DNA from: Raphidiopsis brookii D9
GTDB taxonomy: Bacteria; Cyanobacteriota; Cyanobacteriia; Cyanobacteriales; Nostocaceae
Direction of reading: 5' to 3'
Assembly (NCBI GenBank): GCA_000175855.1
Contig: ACYB01000035.1
Coordinates: forward strand, 494,795 to 526,794
Length of the DNA: 32,000 bases
In this document: in pieces, positions 11,086 to 21,983 of the stretch
How the letters are laid out: every line of letters starts with the position of its first letter
How positions within the stretch are numbered: the first letter of the stretch is position 1
The notes under the pieces: generated by a model
The model's input: the letters and a program-made list of their open reading frames with translations, nothing else
Databases searched by the model: none
What the model was told of the DNA's origin: nothing
Translations under genes and position numbers: made by a program

Positions 11086-11226
11086 ATGTCAGGTTCATTA
11101 TTGCCATCTATTTTGGCTTATTCTTCATTTTTGCCTTCGATTTTTGTTCCTTTAACTGGTTTAGTTTTACCAGCAGTTGCGTTCGCTTCTTTATTCTTAT
11201 ATATTGAAAGCGAAGATATTGGCTAG
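11086..11226 (+). CDS. psaI: Photosystem I reaction center subunit VIII (PsaI), 46 aa
   Basis: Manual translation: [46 protein letters not shown]; matches PsaI LPSI...SFL.SIFVP..G...P...F..LFLYIE.ED. Missing from the track (too short). Confidence 0.93.
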   Translation: MSGSLLPSILAYSSFLPSIFVPLTGLVLPAVAFASLFLYIESEDIG

Positions 11227-11233
11227 TTGAGGC

Positions 11234-11267
11234 CCCTACCGACCCCAAAAGTCGGTGGGTATGTTTT
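11234..11267 (+). terminator. Probable terminator hairpin downstream of psaI
   Basis: CCTACCGAC-CCCAAAA-GTCGGTGGG stem (one G:U) followed by TATGTTTT. Confidence 0.6.
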
Positions 11268-11277
11268 AATGCCTAAA

Positions 11278-11362
11278 CGGAGAGGGGGAGATTCGAACTC
11301 CCGGAGGTTTTAGCCTCATCCGATTTCAAGTCGGACGCAATCGACCACTCTGCCACCTCTCC
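11278..11362 (-). tRNA. tRNA-Ser(UGA)
   Basis: RC reads GGAGAGGTGGCAGAGTGGTCGATTGCGTCCGACTTGAAATCGGATGAGGCTAAAACCTCCGGGAGTTCGAATCTCCCCCTCTCCG; acceptor GGAGAGG/CCTCTCC, anticodon loop CTTGAAA, class II variable arm. Confidence 0.95.
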
Positions 11363-11424
11363 AGACTGTTACAATATAATATTAGGAATTATAGCCAATA
11401 ATTCAATTTTTGGCAATGGTTGGT

Positions 11425-11735
11425 TTAACTTTTGATTCCCCTAGATCCAATCCCCTGGATCAATTGCTTTTGTGCCACAAAGAATAATACTAGTACTGAA
11501 ACAGTAGCAATGGTAACTGCTGCCATCATTAATGGCCAGTTATTTGTAAACTGCGATCGCCACTAGGGTAGAATTAGCAAAAACCACTAGAAACCGACCT
11601 CTTTCCCAGGACTCCAGATAATTGGCCCAAGTCCAACTTTTTCCCGTCAACCCCAGACTTTCACTCGCTGAAGAAAAAGAGGTGAGAAAAACAACGATCA
11701 AAGGTGGTAAAATGATGAGTGATCCAGAAAAACTC
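11425..11735 (-). pseudogene. Remnant of a carbohydrate ABC transporter permease (MalG-like), internally deleted and frameshifted
   Basis: RC fragments in different frames: SLIILPPLIVVFLTSFSSASESLG; WTWANYLESWERGRFLVVFANSTLVAIAV; TNNWPLMMAAVTIATVSVLVLFFVAQKQLIQGIGSRGIKS* (normal C-terminus). The middle of the permease is missing. Confidence 0.78.
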
Positions 11736-11908
11736 CAAAAATGTTTGACCTTACCATTCCAGATTCAGATGCAACAACATTGTTTATGACTCAAAAATCA
11801 TTGGTTTTTCCTAGTATTACCATGGAAATAAGGGTGGGGGGGGACAGAGTTCTATCCTTAAAATTTCAGTCTCAATATAATATAATAGAGTGATGGAGTA
11901 AACATGTC

Positions 11909-12607
11909 ATGCAACAACTAGTTGAACAAATTGAAAAAACTGATTTTCAGAGCGCGAAATATAAAGACGCTTATAGCCGAATTAATGCCATAGTAATTGA
12001 GGGTGAGCAAGAAGCACACGAAAACTATCTCACCCTAGGCGAACTACTACCACCAAATAAAGAGGAACTGAGCAAGTTATCTAAGATGGAAAGTAGACAC
12101 AAAAAGGGTTTTGAGTCCTGTGGGCGAAATCTATCTGTTAACCCAGATATGGAATTTGCCCGTCAGTTTTTCTCCCCCCTACATAATAACTTTCAAATCG
12201 CGGCTCAACAAGGTAAAGTTGTTACCTGTCTACTGATCCAATCCCTAATTATTGAGTGCTTTGCGATCGCCGCTTATAATATATATATTCCTGTAGCAGA
12301 TCCATTCGCACGTAAAATTACTGAGGGGGTAGTAAAAGAAGAATACACCCATCTTAACTTTGGTGAAGTTTGGTTAAAAGAGAAATTTGAAGCATCAAAG
12401 GAGGAGCTGGAAGTAGCGAACCGTGAAAATCTGCCTATAGTATGGCAAATGCTCAATCAAGTGGCTGAGGATGCCAAAGTATTGGGGATGGAGAAAGATG
12501 CCCTAGTGGAGGACTTTATGATTCAATACGGAGAAGCATTGAGTAATATTGGGTTTACCACCCGGGATATCATGCGTCTTTCGGCTTACGGACTAGCAAG
12601 CATATAG
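11909..12607 (+). CDS. Aldehyde-deformylating oxygenase (alkane biosynthesis)
   Basis: 232 aa; ferritin-like ligands [79 protein letters not shown]. Confidence 0.96.
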   Translation: MQQLVEQIEKTDFQSAKYKDAYSRINAIVIEGEQEAHENYLTLGELLPPNKEELSKLSKMESRHKKGFESCGRNLSVNPDMEFARQFFSPLHNNFQIAAQQGKVVTCLLIQSLIIECFAIAAYNIYIPVADPFARKITEGVVKEEYTHLNFGEVWLKEKFEASKEELEVANRENLPIVWQMLNQVAEDAKVLGMEKDALVEDFMIQYGEALSNIGFTTRDIMRLSAYGLASI

Positions 12608-12701
12608 CCACAGTTGATCAAATCCTCGGTTGTAAAACCGGGGTTACAAATAAGGTATTGTATAGGAAAATTGGTTCTGATTTCTAGTTTCTAGCTTTTA
12701 A

Positions 12702-13742
12702 TTGCACAATCTTATATCACTAATGTTTGGTCTAATTGGACATCTGACAAGTTTAGAACACGCCCAGTCCGTGGCTCAGGATTTGGGGTACCCGGAATAT
12801 GCTGATCAAGGTCTAGATTTCTGGTGTAGCGCCCCTCCACAAATTGTGGACAATATCACAGTGACCAGCGTCACAGGTCAAAAAATCGAAGGAAAATATG
12901 TGGAATCCTGCTTTTTACCGGAAATGCTAGCCACTAGACGGATTAAAGCAGCGACGCGAAAAATATTAAATGCTATGGCTCATGCCCAAAAGCATAATAT
13001 TAACATTACAGCTTTAGGCGGATTTTCTTCTATAATTTTTGAGAATTTTAATTTAGAGCAGTTTAAACAAGTTCGTAACCTAACCTTGGAGTTTGAAAGA
13101 TTTACGACGGGTAATACCCACACAGCTTATATTATTTGCCAACAGGTAGAGGTGGCAGCTAAACAGCTGGGTATAGAATTGAGTAAAGCAAATGTGGCAG
13201 TATGTGGAGCAACGGGTGATATTGGGAGTGCAGTTACGCGCTGGTTAGATAAAAAAACCGATGTGCAAGAACTGTTTTTGATTGCCCGCAACCAGGAACG
13301 TTTAGAGAAACTGCAAGCAGAACTGGGACGAGGGAAAATCATGGATCTACAACAAGCTTTACCCGAAGCGGATATTGTGGTTTGGGTAGCAAGTATGCCC
13401 AAGGGGGTGGAAATTGACCCAAAAGTTCTCAAACAACCATGCTTACTAATTGACGGGGGTTACCCAAAAAATCTGGGGACAAAAATTCAACATCCAGGGG
13501 TACATGTGTTGAACGGAGGAATTGTGGAACACTCTTTGGATATTGAGTGGAAGATTATGAAAATAGTCAATATGGATGTCCCTTCACGTCAGTTGTTTGC
13601 CTGTTTTGCTGAATCAATGTTATTGGAATTTGAGAAGTTATATACTAACTTTTCCTGGGGAAGGAATCAGATTACGGTAGACAAAATGGAGCATATAGGT
13701 CAACTATCCCTCAAGCACGGTTTTAGACCATTATTAGTTTAG
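12702..13742 (+). CDS. Long-chain acyl-[acyl-carrier-protein] reductase (AAR)
   Basis: 346 aa; [68 protein letters not shown]; adjacent to ADO. Confidence 0.96.
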   Translation: MHNLISLMFGLIGHLTSLEHAQSVAQDLGYPEYADQGLDFWCSAPPQIVDNITVTSVTGQKIEGKYVESCFLPEMLATRRIKAATRKILNAMAHAQKHNINITALGGFSSIIFENFNLEQFKQVRNLTLEFERFTTGNTHTAYIICQQVEVAAKQLGIELSKANVAVCGATGDIGSAVTRWLDKKTDVQELFLIARNQERLEKLQAELGRGKIMDLQQALPEADIVVWVASMPKGVEIDPKVLKQPCLLIDGGYPKNLGTKIQHPGVHVLNGGIVEHSLDIEWKIMKIVNMDVPSRQLFACFAESMLLEFEKLYTNFSWGRNQITVDKMEHIGQLSLKHGFRPLLV

Positions 13743-13793
13743 TAATAATGGCAAATACCTGATAATCAACTGATAACCGATAACTAACAGACC

Positions 13794-14774
13794 ATGGCAA
13801 ACACTGAGCGCAAACCCCTACTGTTGGATTTTGAAAAGCCTTTGGCAGAACTGGCCAAAAGGATTGACCAAATTCGCGAATTAGCAGATGAAAATGGTGT
13901 GGACGTATCCGGGCAAATCCGCCAACTGGAAACTAGGGCAATGCAACTGCGGGAGGAAATATTTAGCAGTTTAACACCGGCCCAAAAACTTCAGGTAGCT
14001 CGACACCCCCGAAGACCAAGTACCCTGGACTATATCCAGTCTATCACTGATGAGTGGATGGAATTACATGGCGATCGCTGTGGAGGAGACGATCCAGCTT
14101 TGGTGGGTGGTGTGGCACGTTTAGGCGGACAGCCAGTAGTAATGTTAGGTCATCAAAAGGGTAGGGATACTAAGGATAATGTGGCCCGTAACTTTGGCAT
14201 GGCAGCTCCGGGAGGATATCGCAAGGCCCTCAGACTCATGGAACATGCCAATAAGTTTTCTATGCCTATTATCACTTTTATTGATACTCCCGGTGCTTGG
14301 GCAGGTATAGAAGCAGAACACCAAGGACAAGGAGAGGCGATCGCCTATAATTTGAGGCAAATGTTCTGTTTCGATGTACCAATTATTTGTACAGTGATTG
14401 GCGAAGGTGGATCCGGTGGTGCTTTGGGTATTGGAGTGGGAGACAGACTGTTAATGTTTGAACATTCAGTGTACACCGTTGCTACTCCAGAAGCATGTGC
14501 TGCAATTTTGTGGAAAGATGCTAGTAAAGCTCCACAAGCTGCGGTAGCACTGAAAATCATTTCTCAAGATCTGAAAAATTTAGGTATTATCGACCATATT
14601 TTGCCGGAACCCCTAGGGGGAGCTCACGCAGATCCCCTAACGGCAGCGAATAGTCTTAAACAAGCCCTGTTAAATAGCCTAGATGAATTGAACCGACTAA
14701 CACCAGCGGAACGCCGTCAACTCCGTTATGACAAATTTAGAAAAATAGGTGTGTTTCATGAGGTAGGTCACTAG
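13794..14774 (+). CDS. accA: Acetyl-CoA carboxylase carboxyltransferase subunit alpha
   Basis: 326 aa; [79 protein letters not shown]. Confidence 0.97.
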   Translation: MANTERKPLLLDFEKPLAELAKRIDQIRELADENGVDVSGQIRQLETRAMQLREEIFSSLTPAQKLQVARHPRRPSTLDYIQSITDEWMELHGDRCGGDDPALVGGVARLGGQPVVMLGHQKGRDTKDNVARNFGMAAPGGYRKALRLMEHANKFSMPIITFIDTPGAWAGIEAEHQGQGEAIAYNLRQMFCFDVPIICTVIGEGGSGGALGIGVGDRLLMFEHSVYTVATPEACAAILWKDASKAPQAAVALKIISQDLKNLGIIDHILPEPLGGAHADPLTAANSLKQALLNSLDELNRLTPAERRQLRYDKFRKIGVFHEVGH

Positions 14775-15145
14775 TACCTTACAGAATAAATTTTCTCCCA
14801 AAAATAACAACTAACTATATCTAACACAGCAACAATGTTATAATTAGTGGTGGAGTCTTAGAGATTCTTAACAGTCTAGAAAGGACACTTGTCAAAATGC
14901 CAACTCATCTCTGATAAAGCGCGCAAAAAGCAACCCTGTGTTGACTCTGTTCATCAGAAATTGACACTTATAGTTTTGCTTTAGGTTTTCAAGATATATT
15001 CTAATGTAACCCTAACCACTTACAAGAGGTGCGATGCGAACCGGAACGACTACTCGGCTATCCATCGTGTCTGTTAGGAAAATAACAGAATTAATAAATT
15101 AGGGGTAGGTGGTAGCCCCTAGCACCGGCAAAAATTGGAGATAGA

Positions 15146-15871
15146 ATGAGTTTTGAGAAGAAAAAACGCGCTTTGATTACTGGTGCAAGTGCTGGAATTG
15201 GCAAAGGGACAGCTATAGCCTTTGCTAAAGAGGGGATAGATGTTGCATTAGTGGGCCGTTCCCAAGAAAAATTACAGGGGGTAGTAGCAGCAGCAAAAGC
15301 AGCAGGAGTGGAAGCAAAAGCTTTCGCGGTTGATTTAAGTTGTGTTTCCCAGGTAAAAGCTAAAATTCAGGCGATCGCTGATGAATTTGGAGACATAGAT
15401 ATTTTGGTCAACAATGCTGGTATGGGATACACTGGCAATTTAAGTGACACCTCCCTAGAAGATTGGCGGAGAGTAATAGACTTAAATCTCACCAGTGTAT
15501 TTCAGTGTACGATGGGGATTTTACCCAGAATGAGACAAAGAGGAAAAGGGACAATTATTAACATAGCCTCTATAGCAGCTAAACAGGCCTTTGCTGGATG
15601 GGGGGTTTACTGTGTGAGCAAAGCTGGTTTATTGGCCCTATCTCAGACTTTAGCCCAGGAGGAGAGAGTTCACGGTATTCGAGTGAGCGCAATTTGTCCT
15701 GGGGCGGTCAACACCGAAATTTGGGATACAGAAACAGTAAATGCCAACTTTGACCGCAGTAAGATGTTAACTGCACAGACAGTAGCACAGACAATTCTAC
15801 ATAGTGCTTTATTACCCCAGGAAGCCGTAATTGAAGAATTAACTCTGATGTCTAACGACGGCGTGCTTTGA
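15146..15871 (+). CDS. SDR-family NAD(P)-dependent oxidoreductase
   Basis: 241 aa; TGASAGIGKGTA, NNAGMGYTG, INIASIAAKQAFAGWGVYCVSKAG (YxxxK). Confidence 0.92.
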   Translation: MSFEKKKRALITGASAGIGKGTAIAFAKEGIDVALVGRSQEKLQGVVAAAKAAGVEAKAFAVDLSCVSQVKAKIQAIADEFGDIDILVNNAGMGYTGNLSDTSLEDWRRVIDLNLTSVFQCTMGILPRMRQRGKGTIINIASIAAKQAFAGWGVYCVSKAGLLALSQTLAQEERVHGIRVSAICPGAVNTEIWDTETVNANFDRSKMLTAQTVAQTILHSALLPQEAVIEELTLMSNDGVL

Positions 15872-15910
15872 CTTGACAATAAACAATGACCAATTATCAA
15901 GACTAATACC

Positions 15911-16618
15911 ATGACCATTGCTAGTTCTAACGGTTCCAGTCGCTTACAATCTCCGCTGATTCCTGATTTATCGCAAGCTATCAGTACTAGACCTGACCGG
16001 AACACTCATAATGGTAAGCAGCCAGATCTGCACCAACCTTCGGAAGAAAGCATAGAGCAGATGAAAGCAGCTGTGCAAACCATGCTCATAGGTGTAGGAG
16101 AAGATCCGCAGCGAGAAGGACTTCTGAAAACCCCCAAGCGTGTAGCAGAGGCGATGAAATTTCTCACCAGTGGTTATAATCAGTCCTTAGAGGAACTGGT
16201 CAACGGTGCGATTTTTGACGAGGGGCACGAAGAGATGGTGTTAGTGCGAGATATCAACTTCTTCAGTCTTTGTGAACATCACATGCTACCATTTATGGGT
16301 AGGGCACACGTTGCTTACATTCCCAATAAAAAAGTAGTTGGGTTAAGTAAACTAGCCAGAATTGTAGAGATGTATGCTCGTCGTTTACAAGTGCAAGAAA
16401 GATTAACCCGACAAATTGCAGAAGCGGTTCAAACTATTCTTGAACCCAAGGGTGTAGCTGTGGTGATGGAAGCCACCCACATGTGTATGGTAATGCGCGG
16501 GGTACAAAAACCTGGATCCTGGACCGTTACCAGCTCTATGATTGGTGTATTCCAAGACGAGCAAAAAACCCGGGAGGAATTTTTGAACTTGATTCGTCAC
16601 CAAGCAGCATTCTTTTAG
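15911..16618 (+). CDS. folE: GTP cyclohydrolase I FolE
   Basis: 235 aa; [70 protein letters not shown]. Confidence 0.96.
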   Translation: MTIASSNGSSRLQSPLIPDLSQAISTRPDRNTHNGKQPDLHQPSEESIEQMKAAVQTMLIGVGEDPQREGLLKTPKRVAEAMKFLTSGYNQSLEELVNGAIFDEGHEEMVLVRDINFFSLCEHHMLPFMGRAHVAYIPNKKVVGLSKLARIVEMYARRLQVQERLTRQIAEAVQTILEPKGVAVVMEATHMCMVMRGVQKPGSWTVTSSMIGVFQDEQKTREEFLNLIRHQAAFF

Positions 16619-16662
16619 GTTTAAGGGGAAATGGGGAATTTGGGGAAAACAAAACAGGGAGA

Positions 16663-16736
16663 CGGGACTGGTGCGACTTGAACGCACGACCTGTCGCTTA
16701 GGAGGCGACCGCTCTATCCAACTGAGCTACAACCCC
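16663..16736 (-). tRNA. tRNA-Arg(CCU)
   Basis: RC: GGGGTTGTAGCTCAGTTGGATAGAGCGGTCGCCTCCTAAGCGACAGGTCGTGCGTTCAAGTCGCACCAGTCCCG; anticodon stem GTCGC/GCGAC, loop CTCCTAA. Confidence 0.95.
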
Positions 16737-16790
16737 AAGAAAGTAAAAAATTGCTCCCCAATAAACTCCCTAGCAATTGTAACCTAGTTT

Positions 16791-17903
<1,113 letters not shown>

Positions 17904-18041
17904 CTAAAGTACTGTATTACAATGTTTGGATGTAGTTTTAGGAGCAATGCAGTTTCGTCTCAACAACAAACACAAGGAAAAACCAGACGGAGCAAGATGT
18001 CGAGCTAAACGCACAATTTCCAAAGAGAAACTATATCTACT

Positions 18042-18094
18042 TTAGTTTACGAATCCGAACCTTAATTTGCGAAATGCGACATTTAATGTGCGAA
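18042..18094. repeat. Three phased 12-bp iterons (TTARTTTRCGAA-like) next to the 3' end of tRNA-Ala
   Basis: TTAGTTTACGAA (18042-18053), TTAATTTGCGAA (18062-18073), TTAATGTGCGAA (18083-18094); start-to-start spacing 20 and 21 bp. Confidence 0.7.
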
Positions 18095-18104
18095 TGCACA
18101 CAAA

Positions 18105-18177
18105 TGGAGAATAGGAGACTCGAACCCCTGACCTCTGCGGTGCGATCGCAGCACTCTACCAACTGAGCTAATTCCCC
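18105..18177 (-). tRNA. tRNA-Ala(CGC)
   Basis: RC: GGGGAATTAGCTCAGTTGGTAGAGTGCTGCGATCGCACCGCAGAGGTCAGGGGTTCGAGTCTCCTATTCTCCA; anticodon stem CTGCG/CGCAG, loop ATCGCAC. Confidence 0.94.
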
Positions 18178-18192
18178 TTACTCTGCTCCATT

Positions 18193-18933
18193 CTAACACA
18201 GTGTTTCTCCATTTTTTAAATCTTTCTGTTCAAAAGTTTCCCAAATGCGTTCCCATTCCAAATCTGTTAAATGGTCTACTGTCCAGTTAGCTTGACGCTG
18301 GAGGATGTGAAAGGGGTAAGTATTAGCAATTCCCACGACTTTCATTCCAGCGCGTTTCGCCGCTTCTATTCCAGCTAGAGTATCTTCTAAAGCTAAACAG
18401 TCTTTTGGTTGTAAACTTAAATCAAAATTTATATCAGAATATAGCCGATTAAGTCTATCCACAGCTAATAAATACCCTTCCGGTTGGGGTTTACTCGTAG
18501 CGATGTCATCACCTGCAATGATCACCTGAAAATATTCTCTTATATTGGCACGTTCCAAAACTAACTCTATTTCTCGACCCAGGGCACCACTAACTAGACC
18601 CACGGGCAAATTTTGAGATTGGGCCTGTATAATTAGATCCTCTATTCCAGAATAGAGCGGTAACTGTTCCAGACTCTCTAGTTCCTTAATATATTTGTTT
18701 GCTTTATTTCGCAGCAGGTGGGTTAAATAGTCTTGACTGACCACCCTTCCACGACGCTTTAATAACTCCTCAAAACAAGCGCGATCGCTCCTTCCCAAAC
18801 ATCTCAAACGTTCATCTGGCTTTTGGGGTTGTAAATTTTCTTCCACCAGAATCTCATCTATCAGTTTTAAATGTATTGATTCGTCTTTAATAATCACTCC
18901 GTTAAAATCGAACAGGACTGCTTTTAAAGGCAT
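18193..18933 (-). CDS. HAD-family hydrolase (phosphatase / beta-phosphoglucomutase-like)
   Basis: Track ORF starts at 19050, but MPLKAVLFDFNGVIIKDESIH begins at 18933. Also GLVSGALGREIELVLERANI, KPQPEGYLLAV, CLALEDTLAGIEAAKRAGM. Confidence 0.9.
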   Translation of the reverse strand: MPLKAVLFDFNGVIIKDESIHLKLIDEILVEENLQPQKPDERLRCLGRSDRACFEELLKRRGRVVSQDYLTHLLRNKANKYIKELESLEQLPLYSGIEDLIIQAQSQNLPVGLVSGALGREIELVLERANIREYFQVIIAGDDIATSKPQPEGYLLAVDRLNRLYSDINFDLSLQPKDCLALEDTLAGIEAAKRAGMKVVGIANTYPFHILQRQANWTVDHLTDLEWERIWETFEQKDLKNGETLC

Positions 18934-19094
18934 ATAAAAAACTAAGTGAAGATAACTAATATTCCCATTATTACAGGAATTTTTCTCTGAGTGTACACTA
19001 ATAGGGAACAGGGAACGGGTTGGGGATACAAAATTTCCCACCCAAAACATAAAATAGTAGGTTGTGGTGTGAAACTTAACACAGGAGTGGAGTA

Positions 19095-19921
19095 ATGGAT
19101 TTACGTCGGGATGCTTTACAAATTCTCAAGGAAACTAGTAGAACTTTTTATATTCCAATCAGCATTATGCCATCAGGACTACAAGAAGCTGTGGCATCAG
19201 CATACTTGTGTATGCGTGCTATTGACGAGATTGAGGACCATGCAACGCTGGAAAATCATACTAAGGGAATTTTACTACAAAGCATTAGCCAAACTTTACA
19301 AGCAGGAGTGGATGGTTTTGCAGTGGATGCTTTTTCCATAGGATTTAAGGGTTATGAAGATTCCTTACCTGAAGTCAGTCTCAGGATTAGGGAATGGGCA
19401 ATTTTAGCTCCAGAAAGCATTGCACCTCGCATTTGGGATGCAACAGCAGCTATGGCTGATAGAATGGCTTACTGGTCACAAATAAATTGGAAAATTACAA
19501 ATGAATATGACCTGGATCGTTACACCTTTGGAGTTGCAGGTGCAGTAGGTTTGTTACTCTCAGATTTATGGTCATGGTATGATGGAACGACGACTAACCG
19601 CATGGAAGCGATCGCCTTTGGTCGGGGTTTACAAGCAGTAAATATCCTACGTAATAATAGCGAAGATTTAACCCGTGGGGTAAATTTTTCCCGGAGGGTT
19701 GGAATCACCAGGACCTTCAACAGTATGCTCGTCGTCATTTAGCCTTAGCGGATAGTTATACTAATGGTCTTCCTCCTGGACCTGCTCTACAATTCTGTCA
19801 AATTCCCCTAGCTTTGGCCCATGGTACCCTGGATGCACTAGCTAATGGTAAGGAAAAACTCAGTCGTCATGATGTCTATGCTCTAATCGAAAATCTTATT
19901 AATGTCAATGCAGTAGTATAA
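19095..19921 (+). pseudogene. Squalene/phytoene synthase family protein, interrupted by a single-base frameshift near 19685-19691
   Basis: Frame 1 (19095-19742) is normal up to NSEDLTRGVNF then diverges (SRRVGITRTF...). The next frame reads PEGWNHQDLQQYARRHLALADSYTNGLPPGPALQFCQIPLALAHGTLDALANGKEKLSRHDVYALIENLINVNAVV* ending 19921. One extra T in the T5 run would restore VNFFPEGW. Confidence 0.85.
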
Positions 19922-19927
19922 ACAACC

Positions 19928-19947
19928 CCATCCCCGGGTGGGGATGG
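19928..19947. other. Strong GC-rich hairpin (8-bp perfect stem) between synthase and kinase genes
   Basis: CCATCCCC-GGGT-GGGGATGG, 6 nt after the restored synthase stop; no T-tract follows. Confidence 0.6.
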
Positions 19948-19979
19948 ATAACAAAATACCAGTCCCAAATTATTCATCC

Positions 19980-21950
19980 ATGAACACAAATCTTCTAGGA
20001 AAAACTCTGAGCGATCGCTATGTTATTATACGTCAACTAGGACAGGGGGGATTTGGACGTACCTACCTAGCTGAGGATATGAACCGATTTCGGGAGTATT
20101 GCGTTTTAAAGGAATTTTCTCCTGTTGTCCAAACTCCAGAAGCTATTCAAAAAGCTCAAGAACTCTTTGAAAGGGAAGCCACCGTACTTTATCAATTAGA
20201 ACACCCTCAAATACCCCGATTTCGGGAGTTATTGCCCATTAACCTGGAGGGAAAGGAATATCTATTTTTAGTCCAGGATTACGTCCAAGGAATAACCTAT
20301 AGCTCTTTACTCAATACTCAACAACAACAAGGGGTAAAATTTTCTGAAACTGCAGTTCGTCAACTCTTAGAGCAAATTCTACCAGTTTTGCAATACATTC
20401 ACAGCATGGGGGTGATTCATCGAGATATTTCCCCTGATAACTTAATTCTCAGAAGTTCCGATCAGTTGCCAGTACTAATTGATTTCGGAGGAGTAAAACA
20501 AGTTGCTGCAAATTTGGCTTCTCAGTATTACCAATCTGGTCAACACAATCCCAGTAGTGGCACCTTATTAGGCAAAGTGGGATTCGCACCACCGGAACAA
20601 ATGCAAACTGGTTTGGTTTATCCTCATAGCGACCTATATGCTTTGGCTGTAACTGTTTTAGTATTAATCACAGGTAAAATGCCCCAAGAAATAATTGATA
20701 CTCAAACCTTACAGTGGCAATGGCGACGAGAAGTTAGACTTAGTCCACTCCTAGGTCAAGTTTTAGACCGCATGCTCTCCTATAGACCAGGCGATCGCTA
20801 TCAAACAGCCAATCAGGTTTTAGATGCTCTTAACTACCAAAGGGTGAGTTCTCCTATCTCCCAACCCCTCACCAGTCAAACAATGGCAATTTCACCCCCT
20901 CAACCATCTACACCCATTACCTCCACAGCTGAAACCGCTAGTGTTTGGAGCACAGCTAACATAATAATGGTTACTATGGCTATGTTCACCAGTGCAGGAC
21001 TATTATGGTGGGGGTTTAATAATCGTTATCAGCCAATTAGTAGTGACACCTCTAATGTCACATCTCCCACACCCACAATCACACCATCTGTAGATCCCAC
21101 AGCTAACTACTCCCCAGAGGAAAAACAACGTAAGCAAAAATTGCGCGATCGCCTAGAAGAATTAAACATCAATTCTAAGTTCTTTACCAGTTTGGTGAAT
21201 CAGGTATTTTGGGAAAAAAACCCCAGTTTAACAGGAAGGACTCTTAGCAGCGAACCAGAGGATGAAAGTTTACGGGAAGAATGGGATAAAACTGCCATAG
21301 AAGTTGGGGAGAAACTTGCTATCCTCAGCGAAAACGCACGTAGACAGCTAGGAACTTATACATCATCCACTAGACAAAAATGGCAAATGGTAATTAACAG
21401 CAGAAACGTTAGTAGTAAGGCATTATATGACCTAGCTGATGCTGCATTTTTCCGTATTTTTCCTGATCAAAATGGTAAGAATTTTATCTCCAAACCCATC
21501 GGTCAAGTTTGGCAGGGATTTGCCAACGATAGACTTAATGACATCATGGAAAACACGGCCTGGGAAAAAATAGTATTAGATCCTGGCAATACTCCTGGTA
21601 ATACAAGTAAAATGGCTAGGGGAACTCTAGATCCAGGAGGAGGCAAAGTTTTCATTGCCAAACTGGTTAAAGACCAAAATATGCAGGTGCAACTAGATGC
21701 GAACACGGAGGTTTTACTGTCAATTTATTCTCCATCTGGTAAGACAAAATTCTTGGAAGATTCAAAATCACGTCAACTCTCCCAAATATTACCAGAAAGT
21801 GGATTTTATGAATTTGTCGTAGTTTCCACAGCATCAAAACCTGAAGACTACGAATTCTCCCTTACCATAGAAAATCCTCTCGCACCAGAACCCATAGAAA
21901 CCCCCACCCCTGAAATTACCCCGGAAACCACTCCAGAACCTGCTCAGTAA
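19980..21950 (+). CDS. Serine/threonine protein kinase with extended C-terminal region
   Basis: Track start 19938 lies inside the hairpin; MNTNLLGKTLSDRYVIIRQLGQGGFGRTYLAED at 19980 is more plausible. HRDISPDNLILR, DFGGVKQ, GFAPPEQ; Pro/Thr-rich linker, then a beta-rich tail (LDPGGGKVFIAKL...EFSLTIENP). Confidence 0.92.
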   Translation: MNTNLLGKTLSDRYVIIRQLGQGGFGRTYLAEDMNRFREYCVLKEFSPVVQTPEAIQKAQELFEREATVLYQLEHPQIPRFRELLPINLEGKEYLFLVQDYVQGITYSSLLNTQQQQGVKFSETAVRQLLEQILPVLQYIHSMGVIHRDISPDNLILRSSDQLPVLIDFGGVKQVAANLASQYYQSGQHNPSSGTLLGKVGFAPPEQMQTGLVYPHSDLYALAVTVLVLITGKMPQEIIDTQTLQWQWRREVRLSPLLGQVLDRMLSYRPGDRYQTANQVLDALNYQRVSSPISQPLTSQTMAISPPQPSTPITSTAETASVWSTANIIMVTMAMFTSAGLLWWGFNNRYQPISSDTSNVTSPTPTITPSVDPTANYSPEEKQRKQKLRDRLEELNINSKFFTSLVNQVFWEKNPSLTGRTLSSEPEDESLREEWDKTAIEVGEKLAILSENARRQLGTYTSSTRQKWQMVINSRNVSSKALYDLADAAFFRIFPDQNGKNFISKPIGQVWQGFANDRLNDIMENTAWEKIVLDPGNTPGNTSKMARGTLDPGGGKVFIAKLVKDQNMQVQLDANTEVLLSIYSPSGKTKFLEDSKSRQLSQILPESGFYEFVVVSTASKPEDYEFSLTIENPLAPEPIETPTPEITPETTPEPAQ

Positions 21951-21983
21951 AAATACTAACATCAACAAATGGTTTCATAAATT

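Noticed and set aside
11909-14774. ADO/AAR/accA cluster as a novel system
   Set aside because: This is the well-described cyanobacterial alkane biosynthesis locus; ordinary.
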